Below, in pieces: positions 27,032 to 35,125 of a DNA stretch of 64,000 nucleotides (position 1 is its first letter; each line of letters opens with the position of its first letter). A program made the translations under genes and the position numbers. Source of the stretch: Acidimicrobiia bacterium (lineage in GTDB: Bacteria; Acidobacteriota; Vicinamibacteria; Vicinamibacterales; UBA2999); the NCBI GenBank assembly GCA_016871275.1, contig VFZG01000005.1, positions 55,675 to 119,674 on the forward strand, written 5' to 3'. The notes below the pieces were generated by a model. It did not search any database. It was not told where the DNA came from and saw nothing but the letters and a program-made list of their open reading frames with translations.

Positions 27032-27952
27032 CTACTCGACGGCCGGCTCGAGAATGCGCACGGTCGGAACAGGGCTGGAGACGACTTCGACCTCAACGCC
27101 GAACGGCAAGGTCCACGTCGCGCCGCTGGTATGGCCCGACGGGAAGTTGAACAACACCGGACCGCCGAAGTCCATCGTAAAGTCTCGCAGCACATCCCTG
27201 ATCTGAGGATCTCCCGAGGGTTCCGTGCAGCCCGGGAACTCGCCAAAGATCAACGCAGCCGCCTGTGCAAACATCCCGCCCTGCGCGAGCTGGTTCAACA
27301 TGCGGTGGATACGATAGGGACGCTCCCCGATGTCTTCGATGAAGAACACGCTGCCGGCCGGCGGATCACACGCCCACGGCGTTCCCAACGATACGGACAG
27401 CTGCGTGAGCGTGCCGCCGAGCAACACGCCGCGCGCGATACCGGGATGAAGCACCTCGAGCTGCATTGGCGTGAAGTCGCCGGCCGGCTCGGCCTGCATC
27501 ATGACCTTGCGGAACGACACCTCGTCGTAGGCCAATGGCCCCTTCGACAGCCGTCGATCGACCATCGGCCCATGAATGGCGACGAGGCCGTTTCGAAGAT
27601 ACAGATTCAACAGCGCGGTGAGATCGCTGTAGCCGACCAAGGCTTTGCGGTTCTCGATAAGAATCCCGGGCTCCAAGAACGGCAGCAGCTGCGCGCTCCC
27701 GTAGCCTCCGCGCATGGCCATCAGCGCCGCAATCGACGGGTCTTGCCAGGCTCTATGAATGGCGCGTACCCGCGTCTCGACTGAACCGGCGACGAACCGT
27801 TCCTTCTCGAAAATCGAGTCGTCGTAGATGGCCTCGAATCCGAGGCGCGACAACTCGGCGACACCGGCCGCCACCTCATCGTGCGGGAAGGAGCTCGCCG
27901 GCGCCACCAGGGCAATGCGATCGCCGGACCGCAGGCGACGAAGTCTCTTCAC
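27032..27952 (-). CDS. ldcA: LD-carboxypeptidase (peptidase S66, muramoyltetrapeptide carboxypeptidase)
   Basis: L..GD.IALVAPAS.........GV..L..LGF.........F......AGS...R...I..A..D and RGGYGS. Confidence 0.85.
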   Translation of the reverse strand: MKRLRRLRSGDRIALVAPASSFPHDEVAAGVAELSRLGFEAIYDDSIFEKERFVAGSVETRVRAIHRAWQDPSIAALMAMRGGYGSAQLLPFLEPGILIENRKALVGYSDLTALLNLYLRNGLVAIHGPMVDRRLSKGPLAYDEVSFRKVMMQAEPAGDFTPMQLEVLHPGIARGVLLGGTLTQLSVSLGTPWACDPPAGSVFFIEDIGERPYRIHRMLNQLAQGGMFAQAAALIFGEFPGCTEPSGDPQIRDVLRDFTMDFGGPVLFNFPSGHTSGATWTLPFGVEVEVVSSPVPTVRILEPAVE

Positions 27953-29049
27953 AAATACGCCGCCATCTCGGCGGCAACCAGCTGATGCTCTTCCTTGCCG
28001 AGCACGCCCTTCATCGCCTTGATGCGCGCAGACGGCCCAGGGCGTTCGCCGAGCAGGAAGCGCTGCTTGGCGCGTTTCAGCCGGGCGAATGCGTCATCGT
28101 GGCGCTTCGCCGGAATGACACCCGACTCGACGGCGCGCACCAACGCTTCAAGCGTCCGCGCCTGGAGATCCGGATCGCCGCTGCAAATCAGCAGGCCATC
28201 ACATCCCGCCTTGATGGCTTCGACAGCGCTCTCGGGCACCGGGTACTGCGCGCTGACGGCCTTCATCTCGAGATCGTCGCTCAGGATCACGCCGTCGTAT
28301 TTCAGCTCCTCGCGCAGGAGTGTCTGGACGATTGCCGGCGACAAGGTGGCCGGCCGCGTCTCGTCGAGCGACGGCACCAGCACGTGCGCCGTCATGATGA
28401 ACGCCACCTCCTCCCCGACCGCGGCGCGGAACGGCTCGAACTCGATCGCCCGCAGCCGGTCAGGCGCGTGCTCGACCAGCGGCAACTCGAAGTGAGAATC
28501 GGTGCTCGTGTCACCGTGACCGGGAAAATGCTTGCCGCACGCGGCCAATCCGGCGTCCTGCAAAGCGCGGATGATCACGCGCCCCAGCCTGGCGACATCC
28601 TCTGCCCGCTCAGCAAGGGCCCGGTCGCCAATGACGGGATTCTTTGGGTTGCTGTGGATGTCGAGCACTGGCGCGTAGTCGAGGGTGATGCCGACAGCCA
28701 GCAGTTCATGCGCGAGCGCCTTTGCGAATCGCTCGGCGAGGGCCTCTGCTTGCTTCCCAGCCCGTCCCAAGGTCGCCATTGGCGGCCACTTCGTGAACGG
28801 CTCCTTCAAGCGCGCCACCCGCCCGCCTTCCTGGTCGACGCTGACCCAGGCGGGCTGGGTGCGGCCGAGCGTCTCACTCTCGGCTGCCAGCTCGGCCACC
28901 TGCTCGGGGGCCTCGATGTTACGGCTGAACAGAATCACGCCGCCGAGGTCGAATTCACGTGCCAGCGATCGCAACTCGACCGGAATGCTGGTGCCCGGCA
29001 TGCTGCCAATCAGGTACTGTCCAATGTCGCGTCGCGTCGCCAAAGGCAT
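27949..29049 (-). CDS. nagZ: beta-N-acetylhexosaminidase (GH3, NagZ)
   Basis: GGVILFSRNI, VDQEGGRV.RL and KHFPGHGDTS.DSH. The ATG at 29049 is preferred to the track start at 29166. Confidence 0.88.
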   Translation of the reverse strand: MPLATRRDIGQYLIGSMPGTSIPVELRSLAREFDLGGVILFSRNIEAPEQVAELAAESETLGRTQPAWVSVDQEGGRVARLKEPFTKWPPMATLGRAGKQAEALAERFAKALAHELLAVGITLDYAPVLDIHSNPKNPVIGDRALAERAEDVARLGRVIIRALQDAGLAACGKHFPGHGDTSTDSHFELPLVEHAPDRLRAIEFEPFRAAVGEEVAFIMTAHVLVPSLDETRPATLSPAIVQTLLREELKYDGVILSDDLEMKAVSAQYPVPESAVEAIKAGCDGLLICSGDPDLQARTLEALVRAVESGVIPAKRHDDAFARLKRAKQRFLLGERPGPSARIKAMKGVLGKEEHQLVAAEMAAYL

Positions 29050-29061
29050 CGGTGTTCGAGA

Positions 29062-29069
29062 ATTATAAT
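29062..29069. promoter_or_regulatory. palindromic AATTATAATT giving TATAAT on both strands between nagZ and the GHMP kinase gene
   Basis: The divergent spacer is only 26 nt (29050-29075). Plus-strand TATAAT is at 29064-69, 6 nt before GTG 29076. Minus-strand TATAAT is at 29067-62, 12 nt before ATG 29049. Confidence 0.4.
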
Positions 29070-29075
29070 TGCGTC

Positions 29076-30068
29076 GTGCGAATCTCGGCGTCAGCGCCCA
29101 CGCGAATCGACCTGGCCGGCGGCACCATCGACATCTGGCCCCTCTATCTCTTTCACGCCGGCGCACAGACGCTCAACGCCGCCATCAGCCTGCGGGCGCG
29201 CGCCTGGATTGAGGGGCGACCCGACGACGGCATCGAGCTTGCCGCCGAAGACATCGGCAAGCAGGCACGGCTGTCGTTCGATCAGCTGCCGCATGACAAC
29301 ACGCTGCCGCTGCTGGCCAAGCTCGCGCACCGCTTCGGCGTGAGCGGCATTCGGTTGACGACCAAGGCCGAATCGCCCGCCGGGGCCGGCATTGCCGGCT
29401 CCTCGGCGCTGAACGTGGCGGTGTGCGGCGCGCTGGCGGCCTATACCAACCAGGACATCGAGGGCGAAGCGCTGCTCGACATCGCCAAGGACGTCGAGGC
29501 CCAGGTCATCGGGGTGCCAACCGGGCTCCAGGACTACCGCCCCGCGCTGTACGGCGGGATTGCCGCCGTCGAACTCGAGGCCGGCCAGCCACGCCGGGTG
29601 GCGCTCGATGTCGACGCCCGGGAGCTTGAGCGCCGCATCGTGCTCTGCTACACCGGCGAGCCGCGCAACTCCGGGACCAACAACTGGGAGATCACCAAGC
29701 GCCACATCGACGGCGACCAGCACATCTTCGACTGCTTCGAACGGATTCGCGACATCGCCGCGGCCATGCGTGACGCGCTGACACGCGGCGACTGGGACGC
29801 CACAGGGAAGGCGCTCACGACCGAGTGGGAGAACCGGAAGCGCCTGGCGCCGGGCGTGACCACGCCCGCCATCGAGACGCTAATCGCCCGCGCCACGGCT
29901 GCAGGCGCGACCGCCGCGAAGGTGTGCGGCGCGGGCGGCGGCGGATGCCTGTTCGTGCTCGCACCGCCGAAGCATGTCCCCGCGGTGCGCGACACGCTCG
30001 CCGACGGTGGCGCGCGCATCCTCGACTTCCACATTGAGACCACCGGGCTCGACGTGACCCGGGGATGA
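29076..30068 (+). CDS. GHMP-family sugar kinase (fucokinase/HddA-like)
   Basis: VRISASAPTRIDLAGGTIDIWPLY, the GHMP motif PAGAGIAGSSAL, and C-terminal KVCGAGGGG. The GTG at 29076 matches family N-termini. Confidence 0.8.
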   Translation: MRISASAPTRIDLAGGTIDIWPLYLFHAGAQTLNAAISLRARAWIEGRPDDGIELAAEDIGKQARLSFDQLPHDNTLPLLAKLAHRFGVSGIRLTTKAESPAGAGIAGSSALNVAVCGALAAYTNQDIEGEALLDIAKDVEAQVIGVPTGLQDYRPALYGGIAAVELEAGQPRRVALDVDARELERRIVLCYTGEPRNSGTNNWEITKRHIDGDQHIFDCFERIRDIAAAMRDALTRGDWDATGKALTTEWENRKRLAPGVTTPAIETLIARATAAGATAAKVCGAGGGGCLFVLAPPKHVPAVRDTLADGGARILDFHIETTGLDVTRG

Positions 30069-31105
30069 CCGCCAATCTGCCGTCGCCGCTCGACAACACG
30101 TCGGTGGCGCAAACGCTGTTCGAGATCGCCGATCTGCTCGAGCTGAAGGGCGACAAGCCTTTCAAGATCCGCGCGTATCGCAACGCCGCCGAGGCCGTCT
30201 CGTCACTGGACGAAGCCGGGCTTCGTGGCTGGAGCGGCATCGGCAGAGACCTCGCCGAATGGATCCGCGAGATCACGCTGACCGGCGACTGCGCGATTCA
30301 CCGGGAGCTGCTGACCGAGTTCCCGGCAACCCTGCTCGACGTGATGCGGCTGCAAGGCGTCGGCCCGAAGACGGTCGCCGTGCTGTTTTGGGAATTGGGC
30401 GTGACGAGCCTGGAGGATCTCGCGACCGCAGCGAGAGCGGGACGCCTCGGCGGCATCACAGGCATGGGCGGCAGGAAGGCACAGCTGATCCTGCAGGCGA
30501 TCGAGGAACGCCAGCGATTCGCCGGCCGGCACTTGCTGTCCCGCGCCACCGAGATCGCTGACGCCATCGTTTCCCACCTGAAGGAACACGTGCCGAACGC
30601 GGATATCTCGACCGTCGGGAGTGTTCGCCGTGGCTCGGACACAAGCGGCGACCTCGACCTCCTCGCCACAGAAAGCGCAGACAGTCCCAGGGCCACACAG
30701 TACTTCACCGGCTCCAAGGCGCATAACATCGCGCTTCGCGACCGCGCGCTCGAGCGTGGGTGGAAGCTCAACGAGTACGGGCTGTTCGACGCCGACGAGA
30801 AGTCAATCGCCGGCACGACCGAAGAGTCGATCTACCAGGCCCTCGGTCTTGCCCACATCGAGCCGGCGATGCGTGAGCATCGCGGCGAGGTTGATGCCGC
30901 AGCCGACAAGACGCTGCCTCGCCTGATCATGCGCGCGGACCTCAGGGGCGACCTGCACATGCACACCACGTCGTCTGACGGCCGTGAGAGCCTCGAGGCA
31001 TGAAGACGGGCCCGGCGCGGCTGGCTCACCAAAGACGATGTGCTGAACACGCTGCCGCTCAAGGGATTCAGACAGCCGCTCCGAAGAAACCGTCAGCCCC
31101 TAAGC
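30065..31105 (+). pseudogene. polX: decayed family-X DNA polymerase (PolX) with two internal deletions and a premature TGA
   Basis: Intact HhH N-domains are present (LFEIADLLELKGDKPFKIRAYRNAA; LQGVGPKTVA). GDLDLLATES runs almost directly into YFTGSKAHNIALR. The ORF stops at 31001-03 right after the first PHP motif GDLHMHTTSSDG, and the same frame continues RGWLTKDDVLNTLPL, which is the PolX C-terminal tail. Confidence 0.75.
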
Positions 31106-31127
31106 CCCTCAGCCCTTAAGCCCCTAT
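31094..31127. repeat. C-run tandem repeat CCCCtaagCCCCtcagCCCttaagCCCC
   Basis: Same unit family as at 12396-12441 and as the reverse complement of 19493-19516. Confidence 0.8.
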
Positions 31128-31138
31128 ACTTTCCATTT

Positions 31139-31426
31139 ATGGACGCCGCCGCCGCGATCAAGAAGCTCTACTACGCCGCCACCAAGGCGACGATTCAGAA
31201 GGACCTGGAGCGCGCGCTCGACCTGCTCAAGACGATCCCTGAGGAACATGAACGCGACCGGGTTGCGGTCTACATCCACGGCTTGACCGAAATGCGCGCC
31301 GAATGGCGGGTCTTGAAACCCGCGCCTTCGGCTAGCGGACCCCGACCACCCGCTTCCGGGCGGCGATCCGAAGCGCGTCCGGCACGTTCCGGTCCGTCGA
31401 AACCTTCTTCACGTCGGACTCGTTGA
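31139..31426 (+). CDS. small helical protein of unknown function
   Basis: ATG at 31139. The first ~60 codons have strongly host-like G/C-ending codon usage (MDAAAAIKKLYYAATKATIQKDLERALDLLKTIPEEHERDRVAVYIHGLTEMRAEW). The tail is low-complexity and overlaps the convergent gene by 95 nt. Confidence 0.45.
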   Translation: MDAAAAIKKLYYAATKATIQKDLERALDLLKTIPEEHERDRVAVYIHGLTEMRAEWRVLKPAPSASGPRPPASGRRSEARPARSGPSKPSSRRTR

Positions 31427-32108
31427 GCCGCGCCAGCATGTTCATGCTGAGCGCCAGCGGCGTCTTGGCGTTCTTGACCAGCGCCAGCAGCGTCGCGTAG
31501 TTCTTCGTCCAGGCGCGAGTGGTCGCAATCGTCCGCAGAATCTCCTCCGACACGTTGCCCATTTTCGCGTACGCCTCGACCTCGGCGTCATTGACCTTGG
31601 GGCAGCTCAGTACCGCCGCCGCGACCATGCGGTTGGGATCGCGAATCAAAATCGCCCGCATTTCGCGCGTCCCTTTGGTGGCGCATCTCACCTTTTCAGG
31701 CACCGTCATGTCAATCAGCCGCTGCTGGAAGGTGAGCGGCTTCTCTGCCGTCGCAGTGCCCTCCAGCTCGACTCCGCTCTCGTCGGTATCGAGCAGCGGG
31801 TCGTCGGAATCCGGCGCGGGAGCCGCTCCAGCCGGAACGCCGCGGCGGTAGAAAAACTCGCGAATGTCGGTCGGCACATCCGAGCGTGCGATGACACTGG
31901 CCAGCACAGCGTCGGGCAGCAGCTTCAGCGTGCCTTCCGTGGTCTCGCGAATCAGGGGATCGGTGTCGGAGGTCAGGACCACGAGGATGCCCAACTGCTC
32001 CAGCGCGCGCGGCGCCAGCGCCCCCTGCGCAGCCATCAGGCGAACGTCGCGCGCCACTTCACCGCGCCGGAAGAAGTCCAACATCGGTGTCGCGTAGCCG
32101 GATGCCAT
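31332..32108 (-). CDS. conserved hypothetical protein with HEAT/ARM-like helical repeats
   Basis: 258-aa ORF with host codon bias. Its start codon overlaps the stop of the upstream HTH gene by 1 nt (32108). Confidence 0.6.
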   Translation of the reverse strand: MASGYATPMLDFFRRGEVARDVRLMAAQGALAPRALEQLGILVVLTSDTDPLIRETTEGTLKLLPDAVLASVIARSDVPTDIREFFYRRGVPAGAAPAPDSDDPLLDTDESGVELEGTATAEKPLTFQQRLIDMTVPEKVRCATKGTREMRAILIRDPNRMVAAAVLSCPKVNDAEVEAYAKMGNVSEEILRTIATTRAWTKNYATLLALVKNAKTPLALSMNMLARLNESDVKKVSTDRNVPDALRIAARKRVVGVR

Positions 32109-32611
32109 TAGTAGCGGACGAGGAAGTCCTGATCATCGTCGCGGCCGATGCGGGCGGACAGGACGTCACCGGGCGCGCCGAAATAGAGGGTGCCGGCCAA
32201 GAGCGGCAGCACCGCGCCGGCGAGCGTCAACATGCGGTTGACCCCGGTCGCGGCCTGCGGCTCGGCCCTCACCACCACCGGCGCCGCAGGCAGGACGTCC
32301 GGCGTCAGCGATGAACACACCCTGAGCAGTTGCTCCGGATCCAATTCAACTCCGCGCGAGACCGCGCGCACGATCGAGCGGCGATACAGGTCCTCCGGCA
32401 ATTCGGACAAATTGCCGTGCTCGAGCGATTCGAGCGCGCGGACGGATAGCTTGGTAGCGTCAGCCACCTGTCGCAGCGACAGCCCCCTACTTTCGCGAGC
32501 ATCGCGCAGACGCGTTGCCGGATCGAGCGTACGGCGGTGAGCCACAGTCACGGACGTTCTTGCGTTGGTTGTTTCACAGAATTGTCTTATCGTGCAGCGA
32601 CAGAGCGACAA
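32108..32611 (-). CDS. XRE/RodZ-like helix-turn-helix protein with a C-terminal TM segment
   Basis: LRDARESRGLSLRQVADATKLSVRALESLEHGN, then the hydrophobic stretch MLTLAGAVLPLLAGTLYF. The true start is probably a GTG near 32545-32551. Confidence 0.65.
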   Translation of the reverse strand: MSLCRCTIRQFCETTNARTSVTVAHRRTLDPATRLRDARESRGLSLRQVADATKLSVRALESLEHGNLSELPEDLYRRSIVRAVSRGVELDPEQLLRVCSSLTPDVLPAAPVVVRAEPQAATGVNRMLTLAGAVLPLLAGTLYFGAPGDVLSARIGRDDDQDFLVRY

Positions 32612-32613
32612 TC

Positions 32614-33279
32614 TTAGGTGTGCGGAGACGCCGATTCAAGCGCGAATCGAAGGTCGGTGACACGTTTCTGAACAAACGCTGGAAGCGGCTCACCCGCTGC
32701 CGGTATGAATGCGCCGACGGCCGCCAGACCGACGGCGCCGGCAGACGTCAGCAGCGGAACCGATGGGATGCCCAGTCCACCAATGCCAAGCACCGGCACG
32801 CCTTCCGCGGCGCGCACGATCGCTTGCAACCCGTTCTCTCCCAGGTGCTCGACGCCTGTCTTGGATGCGGTAGGCAGAACCGTCCCGGCAATCAAGTAGT
32901 CGGCCATTCTCCTTGCGGCCGCCGCGTCGGCCGAGTGTACCGAGCATCCGATGAGGAATCCCTGCGGGACCATCTGCCGAACCGGCTGCGCCGGAAAGCC
33001 AGACTCCTTGAGGTGAACGCCCGAAGCGTGAGCCGCCAGCGCAACGTCGAGTCGGTCGTTAACCAGAACCTTCGAGCCGGTGCCAGCGGCCACGTTGACC
33101 AGGGATCGGACAAGCGCCATAAGGTCAGCAGTTTTCAAGTCGGGCTCGCGCACCTGGACCATGTCCACACCTGCATCGCACGCGGCCTCGACCTGTTGGA
33201 CAAGCGCCCTATCCCACTCCCAGGGCGGCAGGCCGATCGCCGTAGCAAGCCGCCGGCGATCGGTAACCAGGCAGATCAT
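32614..33279 (-). CDS. second ThiE/TenI-family (thiamine-phosphate synthase-like) protein
   Basis: MICLVTDRR..., VDMVQVREPDL, VNDRLDVALAA.A.GVHL, and GIGGL near the C-terminus. Confidence 0.7.
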   Translation of the reverse strand: MICLVTDRRRLATAIGLPPWEWDRALVQQVEAACDAGVDMVQVREPDLKTADLMALVRSLVNVAAGTGSKVLVNDRLDVALAAHASGVHLKESGFPAQPVRQMVPQGFLIGCSVHSADAAAARRMADYLIAGTVLPTASKTGVEHLGENGLQAIVRAAEGVPVLGIGGLGIPSVPLLTSAGAVGLAAVGAFIPAAGEPLPAFVQKRVTDLRFALESASPHT

Positions 33280-33530
33280 TGGGGAGGGTCGCAGGGCCGG
33301 TTCCCCCGGCCGATGAACGCGTCGCCAAGCTCGCCCAGTGCGGCCCAGACGTTCAGCAATCCGAGCCCGGTAACGGCACCCCGCATGTAGTTGCTGGTAA
33401 ACACCGGGGCCAGCAACGACGAGCCTTCAAAGAAGTAGTTGCGATCCCAGAACGCGGACCACGGAATCAGCACCAGGAGCAGGCCTGACTCGAACAGCAG
33501 GGCGATAAAAAGGAGCTTCCTGAACAGAGC
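33276..33530 (-). CDS. small membrane protein with an unresolved start
   Basis: The track ORF is 33276..33473 (GTG start). The same frame stays open up to the TGA at 33531-33 and encodes a further TM-like stretch, ALFRKLLFIALLFESGLLLV, with no ATG/GTG/TTG. Its stop forms an ATGA overlap with the next gene's start. Confidence 0.45.
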   Translation of the reverse strand, partial: ALFRKLLFIALLFESGLLLVLIPWSAFWDRNYFFEGSSLLAPVFTSNYMRGAVTGLGLLNVWAALGELGDAFIGRGNRPCDPPQ

Positions 33531-34082
33531 TCAGCCTCGCGCCAGCGCTTTGGAGAGCCGCTCGATTTGTCCCGCGACGTCAAGATAGCCGCCCGATTCC
33601 GATTCCAGCTCCACGAACACCGCCAATGCCCTGCAATCCTCGCCCACCATGCCCATCTCGTGGTGGGTCAGGGCGAGGCGGTATTGTTCGGCCGCGGCCT
33701 CCTCGGATGAGGCGCGGCTGGATTTGTCGCCGATTCCTCTGAAGACCTGGTCGAGCGACCGCGGGGGCGGCGGTGTCGGCGGCAATGCCGTGTCCGCCGA
33801 CGCAGCAGCAGGTGCGGGTTCAGCCAGCAAGTCCGTCAGGTCGATTTCATGCCCGCCGGCGCCACCGGCGGCCAGATGATCGGCGATCCGGGTGTACTGC
33901 TCGAGGCCCCTCTCGAGCCTGTTCGAGCGCACGCACAGGTCGCCGAGCGTGCTGGCGCTGTTCCAATCGGGCGGCTGCGCTTCGGCGATCTTCGCATACT
34001 CGGCGATGGCCGCATCGACCTTGCCGAGTGTGAGGGTGTTTTCCGCCGCCTTTAGCGCGGCTTCACGATCGAACGGCGACAC
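33531..34082 (-). CDS. TPR-like / acidic hypothetical protein
   Basis: 183-aa ORF whose N-terminus has TPR-like helices (LGKVDAAIAEYAKIAEAQPPDWNSASTLGDLCVR). It starts 12 nt after the rnhB stop. Confidence 0.6.
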   Translation of the reverse strand: MSPFDREAALKAAENTLTLGKVDAAIAEYAKIAEAQPPDWNSASTLGDLCVRSNRLERGLEQYTRIADHLAAGGAGGHEIDLTDLLAEPAPAAASADTALPPTPPPPRSLDQVFRGIGDKSSRASSEEAAAEQYRLALTHHEMGMVGEDCRALAVFVELESESGGYLDVAGQIERLSKALARG

Positions 34083-34094
34083 AGTAACTGCTCT

Positions 34095-34718
34095 TTAGTC
34101 AATGGTATCAAACAGGGTCGCCGGTCGGAACGTGCGCCGGTGCTGTGGCGAATAGCCAAACCGTGCGACTGCCGAAAGGTGCTCCGCCGTTGCGTACCCC
34201 TTATGTCGGTCGAACCCGTACCGGGGGTCAGCCTCGTGCAACACCTGCATCAATCGATCCCGCGTCACTTTCGCCACGATCGAGGCCGCCGCAATGGCAG
34301 AGGCGCGGCGATCGCCGCCAATCACTCCACGCTGCGCCATCGGCAATGACGGAATTCGGAACGCATCTACCAAAACGGCATCCGGCAGCGGCGCCAGCGA
34401 CAGCACCGCGCGGTGCATGGCCTGCAAGGTCGCCTGGTGAATGTTGATGCGATCGATTTCGTCGGTCTCGATGGACACAACCGCCCACGAGACACATTTA
34501 AGGCAGATCTCGTCGTAGAGGCGCTCGCGTTGCGCGAGCGTGCAGGCTTTCGAATCGGCGAGGCCCTTGATACGCCGCTCGGGATGCAGGATGACGGCAC
34601 CGGCCATCACCGGGCCGGCCAGGCAGCCGCGGCCGACTTCGTCAACCCCTGCAACCGCCACGAAGCCGTAGCGGTGCAGGCTGTTTTCGATGTTCCGTCG
34701 TGCTGAGACCTTTGGCAC
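34095..34718 (-). CDS. rnhB: ribonuclease HII
   Basis: VAGVDEVGRGCLAGPVMAGAVIL and GLADSK. Confidence 0.93.
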   Translation of the reverse strand: MPKVSARRNIENSLHRYGFVAVAGVDEVGRGCLAGPVMAGAVILHPERRIKGLADSKACTLAQRERLYDEICLKCVSWAVVSIETDEIDRINIHQATLQAMHRAVLSLAPLPDAVLVDAFRIPSLPMAQRGVIGGDRRASAIAAASIVAKVTRDRLMQVLHEADPRYGFDRHKGYATAEHLSAVARFGYSPQHRRTFRPATLFDTID

Positions 34719-34760
34719 TGAGGCATCCGCCTGCGCCCGCTCCGCGAGCGACGGCGGGAC

Positions 34761-35108
34761 CTAGTTGGTCTTCTTGACTTCCTTCATGCGGGCGGCCTTG
34801 CCTTTCAGGTCGCGCAGGAAGTACAGCTTCGCGCGCCGCACCTTGGCCGAGCGCACGATCTCCACCTTCGAGATGGTCGGCGAGTGCAGCGGGAAGATGC
34901 GCTCAACCCCCTGGCTGAACGACACCTTGCGCACGGTGAAGGTCGCGCGGTTGCCGCCACGGCGAAGGCCAATCACCACACCCTCGAAGATCTGGATGCG
35001 TTCCTTGTCACCTTCCTTGACGCGCACGTGCACCTTCACCGTGTCGCCCGCCTTCATGCGGGGCCGCTTGGTCAGTTGCGCCTTCTCTACCAACTCCATC
35101 GCAGTCAT
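34761..35108 (-). CDS. rplS: 50S ribosomal protein L19
   Basis: GDTV.VHVRV.EG.KERIQ.FEGVVI......G...TFTVRK.S.G.GVERIFP.HSP. Confidence 0.95.
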   Translation of the reverse strand: MTAMELVEKAQLTKRPRMKAGDTVKVHVRVKEGDKERIQIFEGVVIGLRRGGNRATFTVRKVSFSQGVERIFPLHSPTISKVEIVRSAKVRRAKLYFLRDLKGKAARMKEVKKTN

Positions 35109-35125
35109 GACGTACTCCTATTGGC

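Noticed and set aside
31001-31003. The polX TGA as programmed readthrough or selenocysteine.
   Set aside because: The in-frame continuation is the extreme C-terminal tail of PolX, with about 225 PHP-domain codons missing. The simplest reading is therefore a deletion scar, not recoding.
33531-33533. The in-frame TGA read as a selenocysteine codon, given that selB is in the window.
   Set aside because: I could not find a stable SECIS-like stem-loop with an apical G/U loop within about 15-40 nt downstream. The context is a linker between a soluble domain and a TM helix, which is not a redox-type motif. It is kept as a finding only for the unexplained frame continuity.
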